Positions 33,839 through 43,237 of a stretch of DNA of 64,000 nucleotides are shown one piece after another (positions within the stretch are counted from its first letter, which is position 1; each line of letters starts with the position of its first letter). A model generated the notes under the pieces. That model worked only from the letters and a program-made list of their open reading frames with translations, did not search any database and was not told the DNA's origin. Where the stretch lies: the NCBI GenBank assembly GCA_003222195.1, contig QHVB01000028.1, positions 91,400-155,399 of the forward strand. The letters are read 5' to 3'. This DNA is from Gemmatimonadota bacterium. GTDB lineage: Bacteria > Gemmatimonadota > Gemmatimonadetes > Gemmatimonadales > GWC2-71-9. The position numbers were made by a program, and so were the translations under genes.

Positions 33839-34186
33839 ATGCGTGTATCACCTCGCCTGCGCGCAATCGTCGCCCAGCGGTGCCCCGTCTGCATGCAGGG
33901 CAAGATGTTTGCGGGACGGTTCACTATGAACGCTACGTGTCCCGTGTGCGGGCATCGCTTCGAGCGCGAGCAGGGGTTCTTTCAGGGCGCCATGTATGTG
34001 AGCTGGGTGCTGGGGGTCATGTATCTCGCCGTCCTCGGGGTTCTGGCCCAGCTGCTCCTCGTCCCGCGCGTTGGAATCGCCTGGGCAGTCGCCTGCGTAG
34101 TAGCTATCCATGTGCTCTGCATTCCGGCCGTATTTCGCTATTCGCGTGTGATCTGGGCGCACCTGAACGTGAGGACCAGGCCATGA
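33839..34186 (+). CDS. DUF983-like small membrane protein with an N-terminal zinc ribbon
   Basis: MRVSPRLRAIVAQRCPVCMQGKMFAGRFTMNATCPVCGHRFEREQGFFQGAMYVSW (CxxC...CxxC) followed by two TM helices. Confidence 0.7.
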   Translation: MRVSPRLRAIVAQRCPVCMQGKMFAGRFTMNATCPVCGHRFEREQGFFQGAMYVSWVLGVMYLAVLGVLAQLLLVPRVGIAWAVACVVAIHVLCIPAVFRYSRVIWAHLNVRTRP

Positions 34187-34692
34187 CCCTGCTGGCGATC
34201 GGTCTGCTGATCGGGCTTTGCGTCATTGGGCTCGCGATGATCCCGCTCGGCTTGCCGGGCCTCTGGGTCATGGTGGGCGGGATTCTCGCCTATGGTTGGC
34301 TCACGGGGTTTCGGTCGGTCGGCGTCGCGACAATTGCCATCGTGCTGGGCCTCGCGTTTCTCGGTGAAATCATCGAGAACTGGATCGGCTTTCGGTATGC
34401 AAAGCGCTACGGCGGGTCGACGCGCTCCGGTTGGGGCGCCCTCATCGGCGGCTTGATCGGTGCCGTGATCGGCGTGCCGGTCGCGGTGATCGGGAGCGTC
34501 ATCGGTGCATTCGTCGGGTCCTTCATCGGCGCCGCGTTATTCGAATACAGCTACTCACGTCATGCCGGCGTTGCCACGCGCGCCGGGTGGGGCGCCGTGG
34601 TGGGACGCGCCGCAGGCGCCGCGGTGAAGATCGCGCTTGGCCTGGTGATTGCCGTCATCGGCGTGTTCGCGCTGCTATCTTACCGCCCATGA
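34183..34692 (+). CDS. DUF456-like membrane protein
   Basis: ATGA overlap with the upstream gene. GLPGLWVMVGGILAYGW...EIIENWIGFRYAKRYGGS...GALIGGLIGAVIG is a Gly-zipper-rich 4-TM protein. Confidence 0.75.
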   Translation: MTLLAIGLLIGLCVIGLAMIPLGLPGLWVMVGGILAYGWLTGFRSVGVATIAIVLGLAFLGEIIENWIGFRYAKRYGGSTRSGWGALIGGLIGAVIGVPVAVIGSVIGAFVGSFIGAALFEYSYSRHAGVATRAGWGAVVGRAAGAAVKIALGLVIAVIGVFALLSYRP

Positions 34693-34896
34693 AGTCTTTT
34701 CTCCTCGCGATCGGTTCATGGAAGGCGCGCAGATCGTGGGCGACGACGTGCTCATTACGATCGACGTCGAAGCCGTAGAACGCGCGACCCCCTGAGCCCC
34801 AAAACTGTTGTCCTGGCCTGGCTGATCGCGCTCCCCGCGAGTGCGCCGGCGCAGCGACCCGCTTCTTCCAGCACGCCTTCCATTCGTTGGTGGCAC

Positions 34897-35517
34897 GTGG
34901 CCATCGCCGCGGGGGCGCTCGGCGCCGTCAGTGCGATCGACCGCGGCACGGACGCTTGGATCCAGGACCACCGGTCCTCGAGCAGCGACGCGCTCGCGCG
35001 CGCGTTCCGGAGAGGTGGGGAGCCTGTGATCGTGTTTGGTGTTCCCGCCGCGCTGGTGACTGCCGGGCTCATCAGCGGGCACCAGAACCTCGCGCGCAGC
35101 GGCGTCCGCGTGCTGACGTCGGTGGTGCTCGCGGGAGTAATCACGACAGGCGGCAAGGTCGTCACCGGACGGCTGCGTCCTGACGAGTCCGCCACCCAGT
35201 ACACGTTCAAGCCGTTTACGCATCACGACTCGTTCCCGTCCGGCCACGCCACAATGGCGTTCGCTCTGGCTACCTCATTGGCGGGCGAGATCCGTCAGCC
35301 CTGGGCGAGTGCAGTACTGTTTGCTGGGGCGACTGGGACGGCGTGGTCCAGGCTGAACGACCATCGACACTGGCTGTCGGATGTGCTGGCGGGCGCCACA
35401 GTGGGCGTCACGGCAGCCAATTTCATCGACGGGCGGTGGCGCTTCTTTGGCCTCGGTCCGCCGCGGTTTCTCTTCAGCCCGCACGGCGCCCGCTTGGAGT
35501 GGCGCGCGGCGTTCTAG
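34897..35517 (+). CDS. PAP2 superfamily phosphatase
   Basis: All three PAP2 motifs are present: KVVTGRLRP, FPSGHA and SRLNDHRHWLSDVLAG. The GTG at 34897 is the first canonical start; a signal-peptide-like in-frame extension lies upstream. Confidence 0.85.
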   Translation: MAIAAGALGAVSAIDRGTDAWIQDHRSSSSDALARAFRRGGEPVIVFGVPAALVTAGLISGHQNLARSGVRVLTSVVLAGVITTGGKVVTGRLRPDESATQYTFKPFTHHDSFPSGHATMAFALATSLAGEIRQPWASAVLFAGATGTAWSRLNDHRHWLSDVLAGATVGVTAANFIDGRWRFFGLGPPRFLFSPHGARLEWRAAF

Positions 35518-35519
35518 CC

Positions 35520-35911
35520 CAGCGGCTAAGGCTTGAGTCTGTGCGGCGTCTCGACGAGCTGCTCGACCAGCGCCGCCAGGCCGGTTCGTCAGGTTCTCGA
35601 GCTCGCGTCTGCGGCGTGTCGAGATGCGCTTATAGACGGTCCGTGCGGTCCAATACGTCACGCCGAGCCATACCGGGATGACGATCAGAACCGCGGCCCC
35701 GCGCCGCGATTTGAATCTCTTTGAGGAAGCGCTCGGCGCCGAGGTAGGCGGCGAGACCCGGCAACAAGACCTTGAGCGCGACGGCGCGGTGGTGCTTGCG
35801 GTCGTCGGCTAAGTACACCGTCGCCATGCCGCCCCGGCCCAACACCCGGCGGAGCGAGTAGCGGTCGGCGAGCGCCGCTGTGAGATCGGCAGGCATCTCC
35901 GCTGTAGTCAC
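35520..35911 (-). pseudogene. Remnant of a membrane Ser/Thr protein kinase (N-lobe fragment plus TM segment; catalytic core and ectodomain deleted)
   Basis: Frame A (35702-35911): [54 protein letters not shown], which covers the Gly-loop and the VAIK lysine, then homology stops. Frame B continues with [37 protein letters not shown] (TM plus juxtamembrane). No HRD or DFG motifs are found anywhere. Confidence 0.6.
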
Positions 35912-35945
35912 GCGGACAATATACGGCGCAGCGATTTTTTAGTTG

Positions 35946-37196
35946 CTAGCCGGCGATTGCGTTGACCGCCTGCGCTTTCGACTCGTCGTACTCGTGTTCC
36001 CAACGCGCCATCACCACGGTCGCGAGGCAGTTGCCGATGAGATTCACCGTCGTCCGCGCCATGTCCATCAGGACATCGACGCCGAGGAGGGCGACCGCCA
36101 TTTCGCCGGGCAGGTGAAACGACGCCACCGTCCCCATGAGAATCACCAGCGCGGCGCGCGGCACGCCGGCGACGCCTTTGCTCGTCAACATCAGCGTCAG
36201 CATCATGAGCAGCTGCTGCCCCAACGTCAGGGCCACACCGCCCGCTTGCGCCACGAAGATCGAGGCGACGGAGAGGTAGAGGGTGCTGCCGTCCAGGTTG
36301 AACGAGTAGCCGGTCGGCATGACGAAAGCGACAATGCGCCGCGGCACGCCGATCGCTTCCATCCGTTCCATCGCTTTGGGGAGCGCGGCTTCCGACGATG
36401 CCGTCGAAAAGGCGATCAGCGCGGGCTCCTTCACCGCGGCGAGGAACGCGCCCAGGGGGACGCGCGCAAGCCGCGCCACCGGATACAGCACGACGAGTCC
36501 GAACACGACGAGGGCGATGTACAGCGTCAGGACGACCATGGCGAGGTTCTGCAGTTTTCTGAGTCCACCCGGCTGGCCCACCGTCACCGCCAGGGCCGCG
36601 GCGACGGCGAACGGGGCGAACTTCATGACGATTCCCGTAAACTTGAACATCACCTCGGCCACGGCGTCGCAGAACGCGAGCATCGTCTCTTTAGACCGGC
36701 CGCGCACCTGCGTGAGGCCAATCGCAAACAGCACCGACCAGAAGACGATCTGCAGCATCTCGTTGCGTGCCGCCGCGTCGAAGAAACTCTGCGGCACAAG
36801 GTGTTCGAGCACCGTGGCGAATGTGACCGGCTCCGCGGCCGCCGGCGTCGCCGCCACTGCGGCGCCAGCGGCGGTGACGCCGACACCGGGTTTGAGGACG
36901 TTGACCGCGAGCAAGCCGATGAACAGCGCCAGCGTCGTGACGATTTCGAAATAGACGATGGATTTCAGCGCGAGCCGGCCGACGCGCTTCATGTCGTCGC
37001 CATGGCCCGCAATCCCGACGACCAGCGTCCCGAAAATCAGCGGCACGATGATCGATTTGATGATACGAATGAACGCGGTGGAGATCGGCAGGAGCGAGCG
37101 CGCGAATGCCGGGAAGAACACCCCGAGCGCCACGCCGACGAACATGGCGACGACAATCCACTGCGTGAGGGTACGGCGGCGAAGGAAGGTCCACAT
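35946..37196 (-). CDS. Dicarboxylate/amino acid:cation symporter (DAACS, GltP/DctA family)
   Basis: ATG at 37196. FIRIIKSIIVPLIFGTLVVGIAG...GYSFNLDGSTLY...AGVPRAALVIL...DMARTTVNLIGNCLAT are the conserved SDF motifs. Confidence 0.9.
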   Translation of the reverse strand: MWTFLRRRTLTQWIVVAMFVGVALGVFFPAFARSLLPISTAFIRIIKSIIVPLIFGTLVVGIAGHGDDMKRVGRLALKSIVYFEIVTTLALFIGLLAVNVLKPGVGVTAAGAAVAATPAAAEPVTFATVLEHLVPQSFFDAAARNEMLQIVFWSVLFAIGLTQVRGRSKETMLAFCDAVAEVMFKFTGIVMKFAPFAVAAALAVTVGQPGGLRKLQNLAMVVLTLYIALVVFGLVVLYPVARLARVPLGAFLAAVKEPALIAFSTASSEAALPKAMERMEAIGVPRRIVAFVMPTGYSFNLDGSTLYLSVASIFVAQAGGVALTLGQQLLMMLTLMLTSKGVAGVPRAALVILMGTVASFHLPGEMAVALLGVDVLMDMARTTVNLIGNCLATVVMARWEHEYDESKAQAVNAIAG

Positions 37197-37235
37197 AGGG
37201 CGGCGTGAACGATAACCGCCCGAAAACAAACCTCG

Positions 37236-38150
37236 CTAGCGCTTGATGAACGTCCCGCGCCGCAGCTCGTCGTAGGCGCGCTGTAGCTCTTCTTGCGTGT
37301 TCATCACAATCGGTCCCTGCCAGGCGACGGGCTCCTCCAGTGGCTGCCCGGACACCAGAAGAAAGCGCATCCCCTGCTCGCCAGCCTGGACCGTGATCTC
37401 ATCGCCGGAGTCGAATACGACGAGGGACCGGTTGCCCGTCTCCTGCGGGCTTTCGCTGCCCGCATCGCGCCCGCCGGCCGACACGCGATCCGTGCGAACG
37501 CCCTGCGGCGACGAGGCATCGCGGAATGTGCCGCCGCCCTCGAACACATACGCGAACGCGTGCCGCGAAGACTCGACCGGAATCGTCTTCCGGACGCGTG
37601 GCGGAATCCAGACGTCGAGATACCGCGGATCGGCCGCGACGCCCTCGACCGGACCGCGCTTGCCCCAAAAGTCGCCGGCGACGACGCGCACCCGTGTGCC
37701 ATCGTCGTCGACGACCTCCGGGATCTCCCGCGCGTGAATGTCCTGATAGCGCGGCGCGGTCATCTTGAGACTGCGCGGCAGGTTGGCCCACAACTGGAAG
37801 CCGTGCATGCGGCCGCGCTCGTCGCCTTTGGGCATCTCTTGATGGAGGATGCCGCTGCCCGCGGTCATCCACTGCACGTCTCCGGCACCCATCGAGCCCT
37901 TATTGCCGAGGCTGTCACCGTGCTGGACGCTGCCGCTCAACACGTAGGTGATCGTCTCGATGCCGCGATGCGGATGCCACGGGAATCCGGGCAGGTAATC
38001 CTCGGGATGCTCGTTACGGAAGTCATCTAAGAGAAGGAAAGGATCGAACTCGCTGGTGCTGCCAAATCCGAACGCGCGGCGCAGTTTTACGCCGGCGCCT
38101 TCGAGTGTGGGCAGCGACTGCGAAATCGATTTGACGGCTCGGATCGACAT
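37236..38150 (-). CDS. Pirin family protein
   Basis: FDPFLLLDDF...GFPWHPHRGIETITYVLSGSVQHGDSLGN...GDVQWMTAGSGILHQEMP is the bicupin pirin signature. Confidence 0.9.
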   Translation of the reverse strand: MSIRAVKSISQSLPTLEGAGVKLRRAFGFGSTSEFDPFLLLDDFRNEHPEDYLPGFPWHPHRGIETITYVLSGSVQHGDSLGNKGSMGAGDVQWMTAGSGILHQEMPKGDERGRMHGFQLWANLPRSLKMTAPRYQDIHAREIPEVVDDDGTRVRVVAGDFWGKRGPVEGVAADPRYLDVWIPPRVRKTIPVESSRHAFAYVFEGGGTFRDASSPQGVRTDRVSAGGRDAGSESPQETGNRSLVVFDSGDEITVQAGEQGMRFLLVSGQPLEEPVAWQGPIVMNTQEELQRAYDELRRGTFIKR

Positions 38151-38160
38151 GGAATCCTCA

Positions 38161-38199
38161 CAGAAAGCGGTCTGGTTACGAGCACGGTAACCAGACCGC
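38161..38199 (-). terminator. Rho-independent-type terminator after the DUF5916 paralog
   Basis: 13-bp perfect stem GCGGTCTGGTTAC (38167-38179) / GTAACCAGACCGC (38187-38199) with a 7-nt loop. On the minus strand it is followed by TTTCTG. Confidence 0.6.
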
Positions 38200-38214
38200 C
38201 TCCCTCAGGGTTCC

Positions 38215-40908
38215 TTAGAAGCCCAACCAGTAGGTCATCTTGACGAGGAAGATGTTCTCGGAGGGGCCCTGGAACAGGGCGCTCGCGTCGTCGCCGAACT
38301 GCATATTGCCGCGCGGCAGATCGGGAATCTGGCTGCTGCGCGTCCAGACGACGAACAGCGTCGATCCCGGGCGGTACTCCCACCGGAGCACCGCATTCCC
38401 GCGCAGCGACCGGAACGTGAATGTCGGGTCGGAGAACGTGTAGCTCGGCGACCCGCCGCCGAGCGTGTCGGCATCGAGCGTAATCGTCGCGGGATCGCGC
38501 GCGGGATTCGCCGCGGGGGTCACCACGACGGTGCCGAAATCCCGCCCATACTCGAGCCGGCGCGCCGAGCGCGGCGCCGCAAACTCGTTGTAGCGGGCGA
38601 ATTGGCCCGACGCGATCAACGGTTGCAGGAACAGCTCGAGCGTCAGCGTGGGCGAGAACGTGACGTTGAACCGCGTGTCCATCGATACCGAATTCTGCGT
38701 CAGGTGTGCGAATACATAGCGCTTGTTGTAGAACAGTGCATAGCTGGAATCATCGTAGCTGCCCACGAACTGGGTTCCGGTCTCCGAGTGACCGATCGAT
38801 GGACCAAGGGAAATGGACACGTTCGAGCGGGGTCGCAGCTGCAGCGAGAGACTGAACGAATGATCGCAGTCGCCATCGCTGTTGCAGCTCCGGTCCGCAT
38901 TGAAATTCCCGGAGATTTTCTTCCGTGAATCGGTCTGCACGCCGACGTGGAAGTAGTTGAGCGCCGGCCGCCGCACCACGGGGCCGCCGCGCGTCAACCG
39001 GTCGTCGAACACGCTGGGCCGGTGAATCCAGAATCCGGTCAGCCACCAGTAACTCAAGGTCTGGAGCTGCGCGAACGTCTGGACCTGCCGGTCGTTGAGG
39101 TCGCCGTCGAAGTTGTATTGCTGCTGCCCGCCGGCGATCAAATACAGCTGGCGATACCACTTGGTCGGCTTGGTCCAGATCGGGAAAATGTTGGCCGACA
39201 CCCACCAGTAGTCGGCGCGCGAGAAGAACGCGACGTCGTTGTTGTTGTATGCCGGCGTGCGGAAGTTGGTGGAGACCTCCCAGAGCCAATGGCCGGATTC
39301 CTTCGCCATCCGCGCGTAGCCGCCGAGCCCCTGCATCGACGTACGGGGACGCAAGGCGTCGGCGGTGTCGGACCGGTCGGGCCGCTGGAAGAAATGCGCC
39401 GAGCCGAACCGGATGCGCCGCATCGCCGCCGTGTCTCCCGCGACGTCGGTGCCCGCCAATTGCGCCATCAGGTGAATAGTGCGCTTGCTCCACCACGAGT
39501 CCGTGCCGATGCCGAAGGCCTCGGCGTGATGCGACAACCGGCTGGCGACATAGGGATCGCCGAGATCCCGGTAGACGGACGTCGCCATCGCCTTGATCTG
39601 CGTGGCGCCGCCCCGCAGATCCTTGGCCACCCGGGACGCGAAGTAGTTGGTCGTCGGCTCGACGGTGAACTGCCCGCGTGTGCTGTCCATGAACTGCACG
39701 GGCGCCCGCTCGCGCCGCGTGACGCCATCGAGCGCACCAATGGACCAGCCGGACGGCGTACGTCCCGTGAGCTTTGCGGCCCCGAGAATCGTCGAATTCT
39801 CGGGCATGTCGGCGAATTCGACCGGTATCGCAAGGCCGCCCCGGAACGGCGAGATCTGCGGCGGCCGCCCGATGCGCCGCGTCGCCAGCATCGACAAGCT
39901 CGACACGTTGGAGCAGAAGAAGCAGCTCAGCCCGCCCAGGCCGAAGTAGCCCGCACCCTCGACGAAGAACGGTCGCTTTTCGTCGAAGAATGTCTCGAAC
40001 GCGGAGAGATTCACGACGGCCGGATCGACTTCGACCTGACCGAAGTCAGGGTTGATCGTCGCATTCAAGGTGAGATTCGACGTGACCCGCAGCGTGGCGT
40101 CGCCGCCCACGCGGCCATCGAGCGCGTGCGGATTGAAGAACGGATCGCCCTGGTTGCCGGGCACGTTCGAGGAGCGTCCGACCACGTACGGCATCACCTC
40201 AGCCCGACCCGGCGCGTGGCGAATAACCAGACCGCGCAAATGCCCGAAGCGCGGCGGACCCCCCGTCTCGTCCAGTCCCCACCATGCCCACTGCGACAGC
40301 TCGTTCAGCCGGTTCTCCTGGCGCCAGATCTGCAGCCCCCAGGTCTGTTCTTCGGACGTGTTGGGGTACCGCAACTGCGAAAACGGGATGCGCATCTCGG
40401 CGGTCCAGCCCAGCGAGTCGATGTTGGTCTGCACCTCCCAGACTGGGTCCCACGATGGATCGCCGCCACCGCCCAGACCGTTGGCGTCGTACTTCACGCC
40501 TGATGGATTCACCTGGAAGAAGAGCCGGCCGATGTGGTCGTGATAGGTATCAAAAATCACTTCGAGATAGTCGGAGTTCATGTCCGCGTCGCGTCGAACA
40601 AGGCGCGTGCGCACACCGCGAGCGCCCGAATCGTCGTACATGCGCGCACCCACGTAGATCGCCGCGTCGTCGTAGGCGAACCTCACCTCCGTGCGCTGCG
40701 TCGCCGGATCCCCGGAGTGAGGCTGGCTTTGCCGAAAACCGGTGGCCGGCTGGGCCGTGCGCCAGACCGCCTCGTCGAGCTTGCCATCGAGATGGATCTC
40801 CTCCCGTAGCGGGACGGCGGTGACGTCCGGTGCGGGAGTTGGATGGATGTTCTGCGCTATTAAGGAAGGGGCCCACAGTACCGCGAGAAGGACGGTGAGT
40901 CTCGGCAT
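38215..40908 (-). CDS. CBM9-like/DUF5916 family outer-membrane protein (paralog of 7615..10212)
   Basis: MPRLTVLLAVLWAPSLIAQ signal. IHLDGKLDEAVWRTAQPATGFRQSQP...AIYVGARMYD...DTYHDHIGRLFFQVNPSG...GWTAEMRIPFSQLRY. C-terminal ...VKMTYWLGF (OMP-type terminal Phe). An alternative GTG start is at 40917. Confidence 0.85.
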   Translation of the reverse strand: MPRLTVLLAVLWAPSLIAQNIHPTPAPDVTAVPLREEIHLDGKLDEAVWRTAQPATGFRQSQPHSGDPATQRTEVRFAYDDAAIYVGARMYDDSGARGVRTRLVRRDADMNSDYLEVIFDTYHDHIGRLFFQVNPSGVKYDANGLGGGGDPSWDPVWEVQTNIDSLGWTAEMRIPFSQLRYPNTSEEQTWGLQIWRQENRLNELSQWAWWGLDETGGPPRFGHLRGLVIRHAPGRAEVMPYVVGRSSNVPGNQGDPFFNPHALDGRVGGDATLRVTSNLTLNATINPDFGQVEVDPAVVNLSAFETFFDEKRPFFVEGAGYFGLGGLSCFFCSNVSSLSMLATRRIGRPPQISPFRGGLAIPVEFADMPENSTILGAAKLTGRTPSGWSIGALDGVTRRERAPVQFMDSTRGQFTVEPTTNYFASRVAKDLRGGATQIKAMATSVYRDLGDPYVASRLSHHAEAFGIGTDSWWSKRTIHLMAQLAGTDVAGDTAAMRRIRFGSAHFFQRPDRSDTADALRPRTSMQGLGGYARMAKESGHWLWEVSTNFRTPAYNNNDVAFFSRADYWWVSANIFPIWTKPTKWYRQLYLIAGGQQQYNFDGDLNDRQVQTFAQLQTLSYWWLTGFWIHRPSVFDDRLTRGGPVVRRPALNYFHVGVQTDSRKKISGNFNADRSCNSDGDCDHSFSLSLQLRPRSNVSISLGPSIGHSETGTQFVGSYDDSSYALFYNKRYVFAHLTQNSVSMDTRFNVTFSPTLTLELFLQPLIASGQFARYNEFAAPRSARRLEYGRDFGTVVVTPAANPARDPATITLDADTLGGGSPSYTFSDPTFTFRSLRGNAVLRWEYRPGSTLFVVWTRSSQIPDLPRGNMQFGDDASALFQGPSENIFLVKMTYWLGF

Positions 40909-41013
40909 GGTAGTCACGGGGGCTAGGATACCAGTTTGGACGCGCTGGGGAGAAAAAAGGTTGCGCTCCTGACTGGAGCCTTACAATCTCCCTCGTTAGT
41001 ATGTCTCAACCCG

Positions 41014-43218
41014 ATGCCACCACCTGAACCAGCTCAGGCGCCGGCCCAGCCACCGGCCGCGCCCTCGCCCCCGACCACGCCGGCGCTGAACACTATCCCG
41101 GAGCGCATCCGGCAGCTCGCTGACATCAGCCAGAACCTCTGGTGGAGTTGGCAGCTGGACGCGCGGGAGTTGTTCGACCGGATCGACCACAGCCTGTGGA
41201 GGAGCACGCGGCACAACGCCGTCCAATTCCTCCGCCAGGTGTCTCCCGCGCGACTCGAGCAACAGGCACAGGATCCGATCTTTCTCGAGCGCTACGATCG
41301 GGTCGTCCGCCGCTTTGAGCTGCTCTCGCAGCGCAACGGCACCTGGTTCGCGAGCCGCTATCCCGAGCTGCTCGATCGCGCCATCGCCTATTTCTCCGCC
41401 GAATTCGCGCTGCACCGCTCACTCCCCATCTACTCGGGGGGGCTCGGCGTGCTCGCGGGTGACCATTGTAAGGAAGCCTCGGATCTTGGCGTGCCATTGA
41501 TCGCCGTGGGTCTCTACTATCACGGCGGCTACTTCGATCAGCAGATCGGATTGGATGGATGGCAAAGCGATTCCGTCGATCCGGTCGATCCCACCGTCAA
41601 TCCCGTGTTCCGAGTGAACGGTGGCGATGGCAACCCCTGCCTCGTCCCCATCACGATCGCCGGCCGCCAGGTCCAGGTGGGCGTGTGGCGCGTCATGGTG
41701 GGACGCATTCCGGTGTACCTCCTCGACACCGACCTGGATTGCAACGACAAGGCAGATCGCAGTCTGACCGCGCGACTCTATGCCAGTGGCACGGAGTCGC
41801 GCCTGCGGCAGGAGTGGGTGCTCGGCGTTGCCGGCGTCCGGATGCTGCGCGCGCTCGGCATTCAGCCCACGATCTGGCACGCCAACGAAGGCCACGCCGC
41901 CTTCATGTACATCGAACGGATGCGCGAGCTGATCGAAAAGGGACTCACGCCCCCACAGGCAAAGGAACAGATCCGCGCGACCAGCATCTTCACGACGCAC
42001 ACCCCCGTGCCGGCGGGGCACGACGTTTTTTCATTCACCGAGATCGAGCAGGTCGCCGGACCGTTCTGGAACACGATGGGCATCACCCGCGAGCAGTTCG
42101 TGGCGTTCGGGCAACCGGGCCCGAGCGATCAACACTACGAGATGACGCTGCTGTCACTGCGGCTCGCGGGACGCGTGAACGCCGTGTCGGCGCGGCATCG
42201 CGAAGAGTCGCGCCGCATCTGGCGGTGGGTGTGGGGGAGCGACAAGCCCGTCGACGAAATCCCGATCGGCTACGTCACCAATGGCGTCCACCTCTCCACG
42301 TGGATGGCACGGCCACTCCGCGAACTACTGGCCGAATCACTCGGTGCCGATTGGGAAGCGGACGCTGAGCCCGCCGCGGTCGCCGCGGCGGTCCGAATAA
42401 TCGACGCTGAACGGCTCTGGGCCGTCCACGAAGGCCTCCGTCATCTGCTCTTTCACTATGTCCGTGAGGAGGCACGTCACCGTTGGCGCGACACCTGGAA
42501 GGACCCGGCGAAACTCGCAGGAGCCGGAGCGCTGCTGTCGCCCAACGTCCTCACGCTTGGATTTGCCCGCCGGTTTGCCACCTACAAGCGCGCCGATCTC
42601 CTGTTGCACGACCCCGAGCGGCTACGGCGTCTGCTGACCGATCCGCGACGTCCTGTGCAGATCATCTTCTCGGGCAAGGCCCATCCGGCCGACGAGCCCG
42701 GCAAACGCGTGCTACAGCGCGTGTTTTCGGCCGCCCAGAATCCGAGCTTCGAGGGCCGGATCGCGTTTTTGGAGGACTACGAGCTCCATCTGGCACAACG
42801 CCTGGTCGCCGGCGTAGACGTCTGGCTCAATTTGCCGCGAGTGCCGTTGGAAGCGTGCGGGACCAGCGGGATGAAGGCCGCGCTCAATGGCGCGCCGCAA
42901 CTGGGAACGCTGGACGGGTGGTGGGCCGAGGGATTCACCGGCGACAACGGCTGGGCCATCCCCCTGCCAAAAACCGAAGGCGAGCCCGACCAGGAGGACA
43001 TGGAGCACCTCTTCGAGATCCTCGAGGGCAAGGTCGTCCCGCTGTATTACGATCGAGTCCCTGGCAAGCCCTCCGCGGAATGGGTACATATGATGAAAGA
43101 AGCGATGGCTGTCGCCGTGGAGCGCTTCACGACGCGCCGCATGCTCCAAGGCTACGTCACACGGTATTACGTTCCCGCTGCCGTCGGGGAAGCGATTCCC
43201 GGCGATCCACCACCGTAG
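41014..43218 (+). CDS. glgP: Alpha-glucan phosphorylase (GT35, DUF3417-containing type)
   Basis: LWWSWQLDARELF...IAYFSAEFALHRSLPIYSGGLGVLAGDHCKEASDLGVPLIAVGLYY...EACGTSGMKAALNG (PLP-lysine region). The start is uncertain (ATG at 41014 gives a Pro/Ala-rich N-terminus). Confidence 0.9.
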   Translation: MPPPEPAQAPAQPPAAPSPPTTPALNTIPERIRQLADISQNLWWSWQLDARELFDRIDHSLWRSTRHNAVQFLRQVSPARLEQQAQDPIFLERYDRVVRRFELLSQRNGTWFASRYPELLDRAIAYFSAEFALHRSLPIYSGGLGVLAGDHCKEASDLGVPLIAVGLYYHGGYFDQQIGLDGWQSDSVDPVDPTVNPVFRVNGGDGNPCLVPITIAGRQVQVGVWRVMVGRIPVYLLDTDLDCNDKADRSLTARLYASGTESRLRQEWVLGVAGVRMLRALGIQPTIWHANEGHAAFMYIERMRELIEKGLTPPQAKEQIRATSIFTTHTPVPAGHDVFSFTEIEQVAGPFWNTMGITREQFVAFGQPGPSDQHYEMTLLSLRLAGRVNAVSARHREESRRIWRWVWGSDKPVDEIPIGYVTNGVHLSTWMARPLRELLAESLGADWEADAEPAAVAAAVRIIDAERLWAVHEGLRHLLFHYVREEARHRWRDTWKDPAKLAGAGALLSPNVLTLGFARRFATYKRADLLLHDPERLRRLLTDPRRPVQIIFSGKAHPADEPGKRVLQRVFSAAQNPSFEGRIAFLEDYELHLAQRLVAGVDVWLNLPRVPLEACGTSGMKAALNGAPQLGTLDGWWAEGFTGDNGWAIPLPKTEGEPDQEDMEHLFEILEGKVVPLYYDRVPGKPSAEWVHMMKEAMAVAVERFTTRRMLQGYVTRYYVPAAVGEAIPGDPPP

Positions 43219-43237
43219 CAACGCAGGGGAGAGTCCG

